From Mobula birostris (lineage: Eukaryota), in contig NC_092374.1 in assembly GCF_030028105.1 (NCBI RefSeq), positions 8,856,998 through 8,920,997 of the forward strand: 64,000 bases of DNA. Reading direction: 5' to 3'. Of this stretch, positions 1 to 12,787 are shown piece after piece; the stretch's first letter is position 1; the number at the start of each line of letters is the position of its first letter. Below the pieces are notes generated by a model, which saw only the letters and a list, made by a program, of their open reading frames with translations, made no database searches and had not been told where the DNA came from. The translations under genes were made by a program, and so were the position numbers.

Positions 1-231
1 GGGCCTTAACAGCTTCCAATTCCCTGTTCTCGGAGCCTTGCTTCTTCAGTGAGGTGCATATCCTTCTGTACTGAAGGCAACGAGCAGAGTCAGTCCCCTG
101 TGAAATCCACTCTCCTTAACCCTTGAAGAAGATGTCTTCACATGTCCTCACTATCCAAAACATCTTCTCCGTTGCAGGAGTCCAGAAGACACAAAAGACA
201 AAAAGTCCTGAAGATCTGTTTGGACCAAGCC

Positions 232-905
232 TTGTGACCCCTCCATTCGGTCATGGTTGATCTATTATCTTGCTCAACCCCATTCTCCTGCCTTCTCCCT
301 GTATCCTCTGATGACCTGACTAATTAGGAACCTATCAGCCTCCACTTTAATTATAGTCATGTCATAGTCATACTTTATTGATCCCGGGGGAAATTGGTTA
401 AATATACCCAATGAACTGGTCTCTACAGCCATCTGTGGCAATGAATTCCACGAATTACCACCCTCTGGCTAAAAAAAAATCCTCCTCATTCTAAAGAGAC
501 GTCCTTCTATTTTGAGGCTGTGCGCCCTGGTCGTGGACTACCCCACTATGGGAACATCCTCTCCACATCCGCTCCATCTAGGCCTTTGAATATTTGATAG
601 GTTTCAATGAGATCCCCATCGTAATTCTGAACTCCAGCAAGTACAGGCCCAGGGATATCAAATGATCCTCATACCATAACCCATTCATTCTTGGGATAAT
701 TCTCGTGAACCTTGTTTGGACCAGCACATCTTTTCTCAGACAAGGAGCCCATCTGCTCACAATTACTCCAAGTGCAGTCTGAGGCCTTATAAAGCCTCAG
801 CATTACATTTTTACTTTTATATTTTAGTCCTTTTGAAATGAAAGCCAACAGAGCATTCACCTTCCTCACCGCTGACTCAACCTGCAAGTTAAATCTGCTG
901 GAGGA
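232..905 (-). mobile_element. CR1 LINE 3' fragment
   Basis: LQVESAVRKVNALLAFISKGLKYKSK..LYLLEFR RT C-terminus with frameshifts. Confidence 0.8.
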
Positions 906-1332
906 ACTTAGCAGATCAAGCAATGTCTGTGGGAGGAAAGGGAATGTCCATGTTTCAGGTCAAAAACCTGCTTCTAGGGTCCTACCTCTTCTGACTCCAG
1001 GACTAAGAAGAAATCACTTGCTTTGGATAGGAAGAGTTCATCATTTCAGAATTTTTAGAATTCTCCATTCCAAAATGCTGTGGAGACAGTCTGCAAATTT
1101 ATCGATTGAGATAGAGTGCAGCATAGCTGCCCTCCACCCCACCCCCCACCCTGAGCCGCACCACCCAGCAACCCCAAATTTACCGCAGGCGTAATCATGG
1201 GGCATTTTGCAATGACCATTTAACCTACTAACCCAAACAACAGGAATTCTGCAGATGCTGGAAATTCAAGCAACACACATCAAAGTTGCTGGTGAACGCA
1301 ACAGGCCAGGCAGCATCTCTAGGAAGAGATAC

Positions 1333-1368
1333 AGTCGACGTTTCAGGCCGAGACCCTTCGTCAGGACT
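1333..1368 (-). ncRNA. Minimal type I hammerhead ribozyme motif (intact core)
   Basis: Reverse strand AGTC-CTGACGA-AGG GTCTCGG CCT-GAAA-CGTC^GACT. Confidence 0.75.
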
Positions 1369-1376
1369 AGACGAAG

Positions 1377-1412
1377 GGTCCTGACGAAGGGTCTCAGCCT
1401 GAAACGTCGACT
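1377..1412 (+). ncRNA. Minimal type I hammerhead ribozyme motif (intact core)
   Basis: GGTC-CTGACGA-AGG GTCTCAG CCT-GAAA-CGTC^GACT. Confidence 0.72.
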
Positions 1413-2559
1413 GCACCTCTTCCTAGAGATGCTGCTTGGCCTGCTGCGTTCACCAGCAACTTTGATGTGTGTTACCTACTAACCCATATGTGTTTGGACT
1501 GTGGGAGGAAGCTGGAGTGTCCGGAGGAAACCCACATTCTCATAAAGTTCGTCTGGGCCCCCTTCAATGCTAGCAAACATTTTCGTAGATAAGGGGCCCA
1601 AGACTGCCCACAATACTCCAAATGCAGCCTGACCAATGCCTGATAAAGCCTGTGAGTTGCTTTCTTCGTTTTTATATTCTGGTCCTCTTGAAATGAATGC
1701 TCGCGTTACCTTTGCCTTCCTCACTAGTGACTCAACTTGTCAGGGAATCCTGCACAAGGACTCCCAAGTCCCTCTGCACTTCTGATTTCTGAATTTTCTC
1801 TCCATTTAGAAAATAGTCGATGCCTTTGTTCCTTCTACCAAAGTATATGATCATAGATTTAATTTGGGGATGGAAAGAGAAATCCTGAGAAACTGGAAAA
1901 GCTGCTTGAACTGGGGAAGGATGAAGGCAGGTTTAAAAAAAACACCACCTGGGTTAAAGCACATCAAGTGCACGTACAAATATTTTTAGCAATGGTGAGG
2001 TGTGCCACCCCATGCTCTGCCCTTCAACCCCAGTGAATGTTGTTATATTTTTAAACCCCTTTCACATCTCTTGTCATTTTATACAATTTAATTGAAACAT
2101 TCCCTCGGCCTCCAAAGTGTCCCAAAGTGGCCATAGTTCAAAGTGAAGTTATTACCAAAGTACAAGGTCACCACGTACAACCCAGAGATTCACTTCCTTG
2201 CGGGCATACACAGTAAATCCAAGAGACACAATAGAATCAATGAAAGACCACATGCAAGAGGGCAAACAACCCATGTGCAAAAGATAACAAGCTCTTCAAA
2301 TAAAAAAGTAAATAAATACACAGTAATTGTCAAGAACATGAGATGAAGAATCCTTGAAAATGAGTCCTTAGATTGTGGGAACAGTTCAGAGATGGGTGTG
2401 AGCTGCACCAATGTAGCCAGACTTACTTCATGACTAAGGTTTAATGCTGCCAAACTCTTTGTCAATGATCAGCCACTGAGTTCCCCAGCTTCGAGGGTTC
2501 AGAGATTGGAAATCCATGCAGGGAACAGGCATGAGAGCTGGTGACCCCCCCAACACCAG

Positions 2560-3215
2560 ATATGTGAGTCCAGTTTGGAGTTCAGGAACCTGTCTTCAGT
2601 GAGTCCTTGGATCAGTACTTCTAAAACTTTGACAAACTTCTATAGACGTATAGTGGAGAGTACATTGACTAGTTGCCACATGGCCTGGTATGGAAACGCC
2701 AATACACTTGAATGGAAAAGCCTACAAAAAAATAGTGGATATGGCCCAGTCCTACACCTGGAAAGACCTCCCCACCATTGAGCACATCTACATGGAGCGT
2801 TGTCACAGGAAAGCAGCATCAACATCAGGGGCCCCAACCATCTCTTCTCATTGCTGCCATCAGGAAAAAGGTCCCACACCATCAGATTCAGGAACAGTTA
2901 TTACCCCTCAACCATCAGGTTCCCGAACCAGAGGGGAAGCTTCACTCAACTGAACTGTTTCCACAACCTGGACTCACTTACGATAAGTCTTCATCTCATG
3001 ATTCTCGTTCTCAATATTAATTGCTTATTTATTTATTATTATTTCTTTTTTGTATTTGCATAGATTGTTATCTTTTGCACACGGGTTGTTTGTCCGTCCT
3101 GTTGTGTGTGGTCTTTCATTGATTCTATTCTGTTTCCTGGATTTACTGTGAATGCCCACAAGAAACAAACCTGGGTGTTGTTTATGGTGACATACATGCA
3201 CTTTGAACTTTGAAT
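2560..3215 (+). mobile_element. Rex1-like 3' fragment
   Basis: SKTLTNFYRRIVESTLT..LLPSGKR, plus TTTGAACTTTG tail. Confidence 0.75.
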
Positions 3216-3459
3216 GCTTCAATGTACATGGGATAATGAAACTGAGCTTTTACAAACAGTAGTGTGCGAGTGTGTTAGAGAATGAAAGTGTATGTCAAGG
3301 AAACCCATCAGGACTGCACAGGGAGAATTTTCCAGCTGGAGCATCTGGAATCAGAAGGCGTAACCTTGGGATACAGGGAAAGTCATCAGAAAAGAGCACA
3401 GTACGCCACAGGAACAGGTACAATCCTTCAGCGATGATGTTGTTCTGAGTTCGTTAATC

Positions 3460-4055
3460 TAAAAATGCTCAATTAAACAAATCCCTTCTGCCTGCACATG
3501 GTCCATTTGCCTCCATTTTCTGTATATTCATTTACCTATCTGTGACCCTCTATTGTATCTGCCTCCACCATCAGCCCTAGAAGCATGTTCCATGCACCCA
3601 TCGCCTTCTGTGTAAAACAAATATTTTTCCTTTAAACTTACCGCCCTCCTGCCTCAAATACATGCCCTCTGGTACTTGACATTTCTACTCTGGGATAAAG
3701 ATACCAGCGATCTAATGTCTCTTATAATCTTATAACCTTCTATCTGATCTCCCCTCAACCTCTGCCGCTCCAGAGAAAACAACTTAAGTTTGTCTAACTT
3801 TTCCTTGTAGTTCATGCCCTCTCATCTAGGCAGCGTTCTGGTGAACCTCTTCTGTACCATCTCCAAAGGCTCCGAGTCCCTCCTGTATTGAGGCAACCAG
3901 ACTGTATGCAAAACTCCAAGGAGTGACCTAACCAGTGTTCAACGTAGCTGCAACGTAACTTCCTGTCTCTTAAACTCAGTGCCTGGCCAATAACCACAAG
4001 CATGCAATATGCCTTCTTTACCACCTATCAATCTGAGCAGCCATTTGTAGGCAAC
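3460..4055 (-). mobile_element. CR1 LINE 3' fragment
   Basis: VKKAYCML..RRGSPERCL remnants and 3' UTR. Confidence 0.7.
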
Positions 4056-5299
4056 TATCCCCTTATACATCAACAATATCAGAAGAACCAAAGAAGACTG
4101 CAGACATCAATTCATTTGTGGTAGACATATTGCTTAATGCAAAGGGGATCATGGGAAGTGGTGAGGGACGGGGCCAGGGTCTTGAAGTGGATGATCAGCC
4201 ATGATTATGCTGGAAGGTGGAACAGCCTTGAAGGGCCAAATGGCCGCCTCCTCCTATTTCCTTTCTCTCAACCCAGAGTTACTGAAGCTGCAGACATGGC
4301 TTCACCAATCTAATGAAAACCACAAGCCGCAGTTATAACACCTTGAGTCAGTCAAAGCAGCATGTGGCATGAATTATTTGAGTGCTGTTCATGAAACTGA
4401 ACACTTCAGAATCAGTTTATCTTATAACTTAGAATGTGCTCTCTGGCAGGAACTGGAAGACCAGGAGTTAATTAGTAAGTAATATAAACATATTATTTAT
4501 TGAAGATGGAAGATTAGCCTTACTTGTCACAAACATTGAAACACACAGTGAAATGCTCACATTACAATCTTCATTCTCTCTTGTTACATCAGAGTAAAGA
4601 TGAGCTGCCCCAGGGTACTGAACCAATTCTGTTTTTATGAATGTTCATAAGTTGATTTTGTCCACAAATTTGGAAAATGCACATAAATCATTCAACTCGG
4701 TTATTGCAGCTTCAAAGTATTGTCATGCATGGCATAACCAAAGCATACAAAACTGATGAATGATTACTAAAAGGAGAGAGAGACAGAGACAGAGACACCT
4801 GGTTCTGCTGTTTCAGGGAACACACATAACTATAGACAGTCCCTAGATTCCGTTCCTGACAAGTGTATGTCAGCCAATTTCTGTCCAAGTCAGAGATCAA
4901 AGTTCAAGGTAAATTTATTACCAAAGTTCAGTGTAGTCTCTAGCTGTGCATGATCATCCCTTCTCCTCCCGGCTATGTGGGCTGCACTGTTGCATCAACA
5001 ACACCAACAGTGTAAAGGAATGAAGAAATCACTGTCAAACACTATGCCTCATTGTAAACTGGGTTTGCCTTGTCAATGAGTTAGAGGATGTGGGTTTTGA
5101 AAGAATCTACAGCTATGAAGCAATAGGTACACATGGAATTTTAATTTCCCTAATATTGACTTGGCCCACCTATAGAGCAAAGGGCTTAGACAGAATGGAA
5201 TTTGTTAAGCATGTCCAAAACAGATTCTTACCACCAGCCAAGTTCCAGCCAGCTTCTTCCCTGCTGTTATAAGACTATTAAATGCTTTGCTAGTACAAG

Positions 5300-6790
5300 A
5301 CCATAAGTTATATAGGAGCAGAATTAGGCCATTTGGCCCATCGAGTCTGCTCCACCATTTCATCATGGCTGATCCAATCTTCCTCTCAGCCCCAATCTCC
5401 TGTCTTCTCCCTGTATCCGTTCATGCCCTGACCAATCAAGAATTTATCAACCTCTGCCTTGAATATACATAAAGACCTGGCCTCCACAGCTGCCTGTAGC
5501 AAAGAATTCCACGGATTCAGCAACTTCTGAGTAAAGATATTCCTCCTTATCTATTTACCAATCTATTTTCAGGCTGTGTCCTCTGGTCTTAGACTCTGCC
5601 AACATAGGAAACATCCTCTCCACATCTACTCTATCAAGGCCTTTCACCATTCAATAGGTTTCAATGAGGTCACCCCTCATTCTTCTGAATTCAAGTGAAT
5701 ACAGGCCCAGAGCCATCAGACGCTCTTCATATGACAAACCACTCAATCCTGGAATCATTTTCATGAACCTCCTTTGAAACCTCTCCAGTTTCAGCACATC
5801 CTTTCTAAGATAAGGGGCCCAAACCTGCTCACAATACTCCAAGTGAGGCCTCACCAGTGTCTTATGAAGTTTCAACATGGCATCCTTGGTTTGGTATTCT
5901 AGTCCACTTGAAATGAATGCTAACATTGCATTTGCCTATCTCACCACTGACTCAACTGGTAAGTTAATCTTCAGGGAATCGTGCACAAGGACTTTCAAGT
6001 CCTCTTGCACCTCAGTTTTTGTATTTTCTTTCCACTTAGTAAATAGTCAACCCCTCCGATTCTTCTACCAAAGTGCATGACCATACACTTCCTGACACTA
6101 TATTCCATTTGTCATTTCTTTACCCATTCTCCTTATTTGTCTAAGTCTTTCTGTAGCTTCTACTTCCTCATAACTTCCTGCCCCTCCACCTATCTTCATA
6201 TCCTCTGCAAACTTTGCAACAAAGCCATCAGTTCCATTATCCATAGCATTGACATATAACGTAAAAAGAATCAGTCCCAAAACAGACCCCTGTGGAACTC
6301 CACTAGTCACTGGCAGCCAGTCAGAGAAGTCTCCCTTTATTCCCACTGTTTGCCTACTGCCAATTAGCCACTGCTTTATCCATGCCAGAATCTTCCCTGT
6401 AATACCATGGGACTGTAGCTTGTTAAGAAGCCTCATATGTGGCACCTTGTCAAAGACCTTCTGAAGATCCAAGTAACCAACATCAATCTATTCTCCTTTG
6501 TCTATCCTGCTTGTCACTTCTTCAAAGAATCCCAACAGATTTGTCAGGCAAGATTTTCCTTGAGGAAGCCATGAAGACTACAACCCATTTTATCATGCGC
6601 CTCAAAGTACCTTGAGACCTCATCCTTAATAATCGACTCCAACATCTTCTCAACTGCTGAGGTCAGACAAACGGGCCTAAAGTTTTCCTTCTTCTGGCTC
6701 TCTCCCTTCTTGAAGGGTGGAGTGACATTTGAAATTTTCCAGTCCTCCAGAACCATTCTTGAATCTAGTCATTCTTGAAAGATCAATATT
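5300..6790 (-). mobile_element. CR1 LINE fragment (RT)
   Basis: DLQKVFDKVPH..SGVPQGSVLG..FAEDMK; WKISNVTPPFKKG; LHKTLVRPHLEYC. Confidence 0.88.
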
Positions 6791-6888
6791 AATGTCTCCA
6801 CAATCGCTTTGGCCACCTCCTTCAGACCTCTGGGGTGTACACCATCTGGTAGAAGTGACTTCTGATTTTTTTTTTTGACAGCTGTCAG

Positions 6889-7325
6889 CTGTCTTCAAAT
6901 TTGACCTACCAAAATGAACCACTTCACACTTACCTGGGTTGAACTCCAACTGCCACTTCTCAGCCCAGTTCTGCATCCTATCGATGTCCTGCTGTAACCT
7001 CTGACAATCCTCCAGACTATCCACAGCACCCCCAACCTTTGTGTCACCAGCAAACTTACTAACCCACCCTTCTACTTCCTTATCAAGGTCATTTATAAAA
7101 ATCACAAAGAGGAGGGGTCCCAGAACAGATCCCTGTGGAATATAACTGGCCACTGTCCTCCCTGCAGAATACGAACCATTCACAACCACCCTTTGCCTTC
7201 TGTGGGCAAGCCAATTCTGGATCCACAAAGCAAGGTCTCCTTGGATCCCATGCCTCCTTACTTTCTCAATGAGCTTTGCAAGGGAAACCTTATCAAATGC
7301 CTTGCTGACATCCATGTACACTGTA
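6889..7325 (-). mobile_element. CR1 LINE RT fragment
   Basis: YMDVSKAFDKV..PQGSVLGPLLFVIFINDLD..FAGDTK. Confidence 0.85.
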
Positions 7326-8507
7326 TCCACTGTTCTACCGTTATTAGTGTGTTTTGTATCATCAGCAAATTTATAGATGGCTTTTGAGCTGTAGCTAGCC
7401 ACAAAGTTTAGAGAGAGTAGATCAGTGCGCTAAGCACACACCCCTGACGCGCACCAGTGCTGATCATCAGCAAGGAGGAGATAGTATCACCAATCCACAC
7501 AGAATGTGGTCTTCTAGTTGAGGATCCAATTGCAGAGACAAAGGTTCTGTAGCTTATCGATCAGGACTGTGGGAATGATGGTGTTAACGGCTGGGCTATA
7601 GTCAATGAACAGCATCCCGACATAGGCGGTTGTATTGTCCAGGTGATAAGGCCGTGTAAAGAGCCATTGACATGGTGTCCACTGTAGACCTATTGTGGTG
7701 GTAGGCACAGCTGATAGCTTGGGCTGAGACCCTTCATAAGGACTGAAGAGGAGAGAGGCAGAAGCCAGAACAAAAATGTGGTGTCCCACTTTCTTTCATG
7801 GTCCACTGTCCTCTGCTATTAGATTGCTCCTTTACCTGATTACCTCTTTCAGCCAACACCTCCCAGATTCTTATTTCTTCTGCCTCACCTGGTCTGACCT
7901 ATCACCTACCAGACTGTACTCCTTCCCCTCTCCCACCTTCTTATTCCGGCTTCTGCCCCCTTCCTTTCCAGTGCTGATGAAGGTCTCAGCGTCGACTGTT
8001 TATTCATAGAAACACAGAAAACCTACAACACAATACAGGCCCTTCGGCCCTCAAAGCGGTGCCGAACATGTCCTTAACTTAGAAATTACCCAGGGTTACC
8101 CACAGCACTGTTTTTCTCAGCTCCATGTACCTGTCCAAGAGTGTCTTAAAAGACCCTATCATATCCACCTCCACCAATGTCGCCGGCAGCCCATCCCGCG
8201 CACTCACCACTCTCTGTGTAAAAAACTTATCCCGACATCTCCTCTGTTCCTCTCCATAAATGCTGCCTGGCCTGCTGAGTTCGTCCAACATTTTGCGTTT
8301 GTTGCTCAAAGTTTCCAGTGTCTGCAGAAATCTCTTGCGTCACTGTTTCTCTTCCGATAGGTGTGACCTGAGCTGTTCTGTCTGTCAATGAAGGCGACAA
8401 CCGACATGAATGAAATTTTGCGGTGAGGTTGTGGTCTCGCCGAGGTGGATCCCCGTTTGCATTTCTAAAATGCGCTCAGCCCGTGTTAAGAGGGAAGTTA
8501 GACAGAC

Positions 8508-8524
8508 GGCGCCATCTAGTGCCA
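8508..8524 (-). promoter_or_regulatory. Candidate CTCF site
   Basis: The reverse strand reads TGGCACTAGATGGCGCC, close to the CCACYAGRKGGCGC core, in unique CpG-containing sequence. Confidence 0.4.
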
Positions 8525-8682
8525 CACTGATAACATTACAGAAACCATCGGAGTCTGGTGTGGAAACTGCATTCGGGTGTCCGGCCTGCCTCTGTCATCA
8601 ATCGCGCCAATTATTCCGGCTAGCTATGAACAGGTGGGAATTCAGAGCCTTGATGATAAACACAGAAAATAGAACAAGTATC

Positions 8683-9000
8683 GGGTGGCACGGTAGAGTA
8701 GCGGCGAGCAGAACGCTTCACAGCGTCAGCAATTCCAGACAAAGAATCAATTCCCACCACTGTTTGTAAGGTGTTTATATTATCTCCCCGTGACCGCGTG
8801 AGTTTCCTCCAGGTGCCCCGGCTTCCTCCCACATTCCGAAGACGGATGGGTTTAGGGTTAAGAGTTGAGGAATGCCATGTTGGCATTGGAAGCGTGGTGA
8901 CAGATGCCCGCAGCACATCCTCGGACTGTGTCGGCCATTGACACAAATGAAGCATTTCACTGTAAGTTTCCATGTAGGTGTGACAAATAATGCCGAATCT
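8683..9000 (+). mobile_element. V-SINE (HE1-like)
   Basis: GGTGGCACGGTAG tRNA head plus V-domain GTTTCCTCCAGGTGCCCCGGCTTCCTCCCACA. Confidence 0.8.
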
Positions 9001-9636
9001 TGTGTCTTTACAAGCACAGCGGAGTCACAGGAGACTGCAGGTGCTGGGATGGGCCAAATAGCCTAATTCTGCTCCTTTGTCTTATGGTCTTCCGATCTGA
9101 AGCAACACACAATCGGCTTGGGGAACTCAGCGGGTCGAGTGGCTGTGGTGGAGGGGGGCGCGGTGGGGAAAGGAATTATCTACGATCTGGTTCAAACCCT
9201 GCGTCAGGACCTGATGAGTTCTGATGCAAGGTTTCCACATGAAATGTCGACAATTTCTTTTCCTCCTCCCCACTGACGCTGCCTGGTCATCTGAGTTCAG
9301 TGTATTGCATGGGACAGTGAAGCACAGGATGCTGGAAATGTTGAGCACGCCCATAAAATGCCTGAGGAACTCTGCTGGTAGGACAGCATCTATGGGGGAA
9401 GGGGACAAACAGTCGATGTTTTGGGCTGAGACCCTTCTTCAGGATGGGAAGGAAGGGGGCAGAAGCCAGAATAAGAAGATGGGTTGGGGGAACTACAAGC
9501 TGGGAAGTTGTACGTAAAAGCGGGTGAGGGAGGAGTGGGGTAGTGTATTTAATGTTTCATTAAAATGTGAGTAATATTAGAAACATAGAAAGCCTACAGC
9601 ACAATACAGGCCCTTTGGCCCCAAAGCTGAGCCGAA

Positions 9637-10975
9637 TATAGAATAGTACAGCACAGTACAGGACCTTCGGCCCACAATGTTGTGCCGACCCTCAGACCCT
9701 GCCTCCCATATAACCCCCCACCTTAAATTCCTCCATATACCTGTCTAGTAGTCTCTTAAACTTCACTAGTGTATCTGCCTCCACCACTGACTCAGGCAGT
9801 GCATTCCACGCACCAACCACTCTCTGAGTAAAAAAACCTTCCTCTAATATCCCCCTTGAACCTCCCACCCCTTACCTTAAAGCCATGTCCCCTTGTATTG
9901 AGCAGTGGTGCCCTGGGGAAGGGGCACTGGCTAACCACTCTATCTATTCCTCTTATTATCTTGTACACCTCTATCATGTCTCTTCTCATCCTCCTTCTCT
10001 CCAAAGAGTAAAGCCCTAGCTCCCTTAATCTCTGATCATAATCCATACTCTCTAAGCGAGGCAGCATCCTGGTAAATCTCCTCTGTACCCTTTCCAATGC
10101 TTCCACATCCTTCCTATAGTGAGGTGACCAGAACTGGACACAGTATTCCAAGTATGGCCTAACCAGAGTTTTATAGAGCTGCATCATTACATTGCGACTC
10201 TTAAACTCTATCCCTCGACTTATGAGAGCTAACACCCCATAAGCTTTCTTAACTACCCTATCCACCTGTGAGGCAACTTTCAGGGATCTGTGGACATGTA
10301 CCCCCAGATCCCTCTGCTCCTCCACACTACCAAGTATCCTGCCATTTACTTTGTACTCTGCCTTGGAGTTTGTCCTTCCAAAGTGTACCACCTCACACTT
10401 CTCTGGGTTGAACTCCATCTGCCACTTCTCAGCCCACTTCTGCATCCTATCAATGTCTCTCTGCAATCTTTGACAATCCTCTACACTATCTACAACACCA
10501 CCAACCGTTGTGTCATCTGCAAACTTTCTAACCCACCCTTCTACCCCCACATCCAGGTCATTAATAAAAATCACAAAAAGTAGAGGTCCCAGAACAGATC
10601 CTTGTGGGATACCACTAATCACAATCCTCCAATCTGAATGTATTCCCTCCACCACCACCCTCTGCCTTCTGCAGGCAAGCCAATTCTGAATCCACCTGGC
10701 CAAACTTCCCTGGATCCCATGCCTTCTGACTTTCTGAATAAGCCTACCATGTGGAACCTTGTCAAATGCCTTACTAATATCCATATAGATCACATCCACT
10801 GCACTACCCTCATCTATATGCCTGGTCACTTCCTCAAAGAACTCTATCAGGCTTGTTAGACAAGATCTGCCCTTCAGAAAGCCATGCTGACTGTCCCTGA
10901 TCAGACCATGATTCTCTAAATGCCCATAGATCCTATCTCCAAGAATCTTTTCCAACATCTTTCCCACCACAGACG
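9637..10975 (-). mobile_element. 5'-truncated CR1 LINE, 392-aa RT segment plus 3' tail
   Basis: QHGF..SKAFDKVPH..GIPQGSVLGP..FADD..RPYLEYC; (ctattcta)-type tail. Confidence 0.93.
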
Positions 10976-10984
10976 TATCCTTAC

Positions 10985-11700
10985 TTTAGAACATGTCCTT
11001 ACTTTAGAAATTACCTAAGGTTATCCATAGCCCTCTATTTTTCTAAGCTCTATGTGCCTATCCAGGGGTCTCTTAAAAGACCCAGTTGTATCTGCTTCCA
11101 CTACCATCACTGCAGCCGATTCCACACACTCACCACACTCTGCATAAAAGGCTTACCCCTGACATCTCCTCTGTACCTACTTCCAAACAACTGTGCCCTC
11201 TTGTGTTAGCCATTTCAGCCCTGGGAAAAAGCCTCTGACTATCCACACGATCAATGCCTCTCATCATCTTATACACCTCTATCAAGTCACCTCTCATCCT
11301 CCATCACTCCAAGGAGAAAAGGCCAAGTTCACTCAACCTATTATCATAGGGCATGCTCCCCAATCCAGGCAAAATCCTTGTAAATCTCTTCTGTACCCTT
11401 TCTATAGTTACCACATCCTTCTAGTGGTGAGGTGACCAGAATTGAACACAGTACTCCACGTGGGGTCTGAGCAGGATCCTATAAAGCTGTAAAATTACCT
11501 GTCGGCTCTTAAACTCAGTCCCATGGTTGATGAAGACCAATACACTGTATGCCTTCTTAGCCACACAGTCAACCTGCACAGCATCTTTGAGCGTCCTATG
11601 GACTCAAACCCCAAGACCCCTCTGATCCTCCACTCTGCCAATAGTCTTACCATTAATACTATATTCTGCCATCATATTTGACCTACCAAAATGAACCACC
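10985..11700 (-). mobile_element. CR1 LINE 3' fragment
   Basis: Antisense copy of the same 3' region as the 50730-51500 segment. Confidence 0.75.
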
Positions 11701-12430
11701 TCAAACTTATATACTGCGTCTGGTGCTCCCGATGTGGCCTTCTATATATTAGCGAGACCCGACGCAGACTGAGAGACCTCTTTGCTGAACACCTATGCTC
11801 TGTCCGCCAGAGAAAGCAGGATCTCCCAGTGGCCACGCATTTTAATTCCACATCCCATTCCCATTCTGATACGTCTATCCATGGCCTCCTCTACTGTAAA
11901 GATGAAGCGCCACACTCAGGTTGGAGGAACAACACCTTATATTCTGTCTGGGTAGCCTCCAACCTGATGGCATGAACATTGACTTCTCTAACTCCTGCTA
12001 ATGCCCCACCTCCCCCTCGTACCCCATCCATTGTTTATTTATATACACACATTCTTTCTCTCTCTCTCCTTTTTTTCCCTCTGTCCCTCTGACTATACCC
12101 CTTGCCCATTCTCTGGGTTTTCCCCCCCTCCCCGTTTTTCTTCTCCCTGGGCCTCCTGTCCCATGATCCTCTCATATCCCTTTTGCCAATCATCTGTCCA
12201 GCTCTTGGCTCTATCCCTCCCCCTCCTGTCTTCTCCTATCATTTCAGATCTCCCCCTCCCCCTCCCACTTTCAAATCTCTCACTAGCTCTTCCTTCAGAT
12301 AGTCCTGACAAAGGTTCTTGGCCCAAAACGTCGACTGTACCTCTTCCTAGAGATGCTGCCTGGCCTGCTGCGTTCACCAGCAACTTTGATGTGTGTTGCT
12401 TGAATTTCCAGCACCTGCAGAATTCCTCAT
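11700..12430 (+). mobile_element. Penelope-like element 3' fragment (GIY-YIG endonuclease, pyrimidine tract, decayed hammerhead, tail)
   Basis: ORF 11691-11975 IYCVWCSRCGLLYISETRRRL..FAEHL..PVATHFNSTSHS is a GIY-YIG pattern. Decayed HHR at about 12301-12336. Confidence 0.85.
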
Positions 12431-12564
12431 ATTTACGCCTCACACTTACCTGGGTTGAACTCCATCTGCCGCTTCTCAGCCCAGTTTTGCATCCTATCGA
12501 TGTCCCGCTGTAACCTCTGACAGCCCTGCACACTATCCACAACACCTCCAATCTTTGTGTCATC

Positions 12565-12787
12565 TGTCACACTTGATTGGTCCTATTGCAAATATATTCT
12601 TTGATTAAGCATTCTTTGTTTACATAAGTCAGTACGAGTTATAAGTAAGACGTATGTAAATAGCATACCTGATTGTACCACCATGTCATTCGTGTGTGCC
12701 TCACTAAAGTAAAGAAACTAAGTAAACGAATAATCCTGGCTCCTGTGATTTTCTTTCAATTCGGTTCTGCAGTTAGAAAATATAACA
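12565..12787 (+). mobile_element. Possible solo LTR fragment
   Basis: Unique segment bounded by TGT...ACA between a CR1 and a Penelope piece; no TSD found. Confidence 0.3.

Larger units (their letters stand above)
1236..1473. mobile_element. Palindromic Penelope-derived insertion with two divergent hammerhead motifs, inserted in a V-SINE
   Basis: Inverted arms of about 100 bp; 13-bp TSD ACCTACTAACCCA at 1223-1235 and 1474-1486. Confidence 0.85.

Noticed and set aside
178-260. Acceptor-like cttctccgttgcag followed by a short open frame
   Set aside because: No recognisable protein motif, and the frame runs into a CR1 tail.
3346-3419. Possible small + strand exon (ttttccag ... ACAG|GTAC) with an AQYAT motif
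   Set aside because: Weak splice signals, phase cannot be tied to any gene, and the motif is not a canonical ITIM.
4590-4613. Possible micro-exon after a pyrimidine tract
   Set aside because: Too short to support without transcript data.
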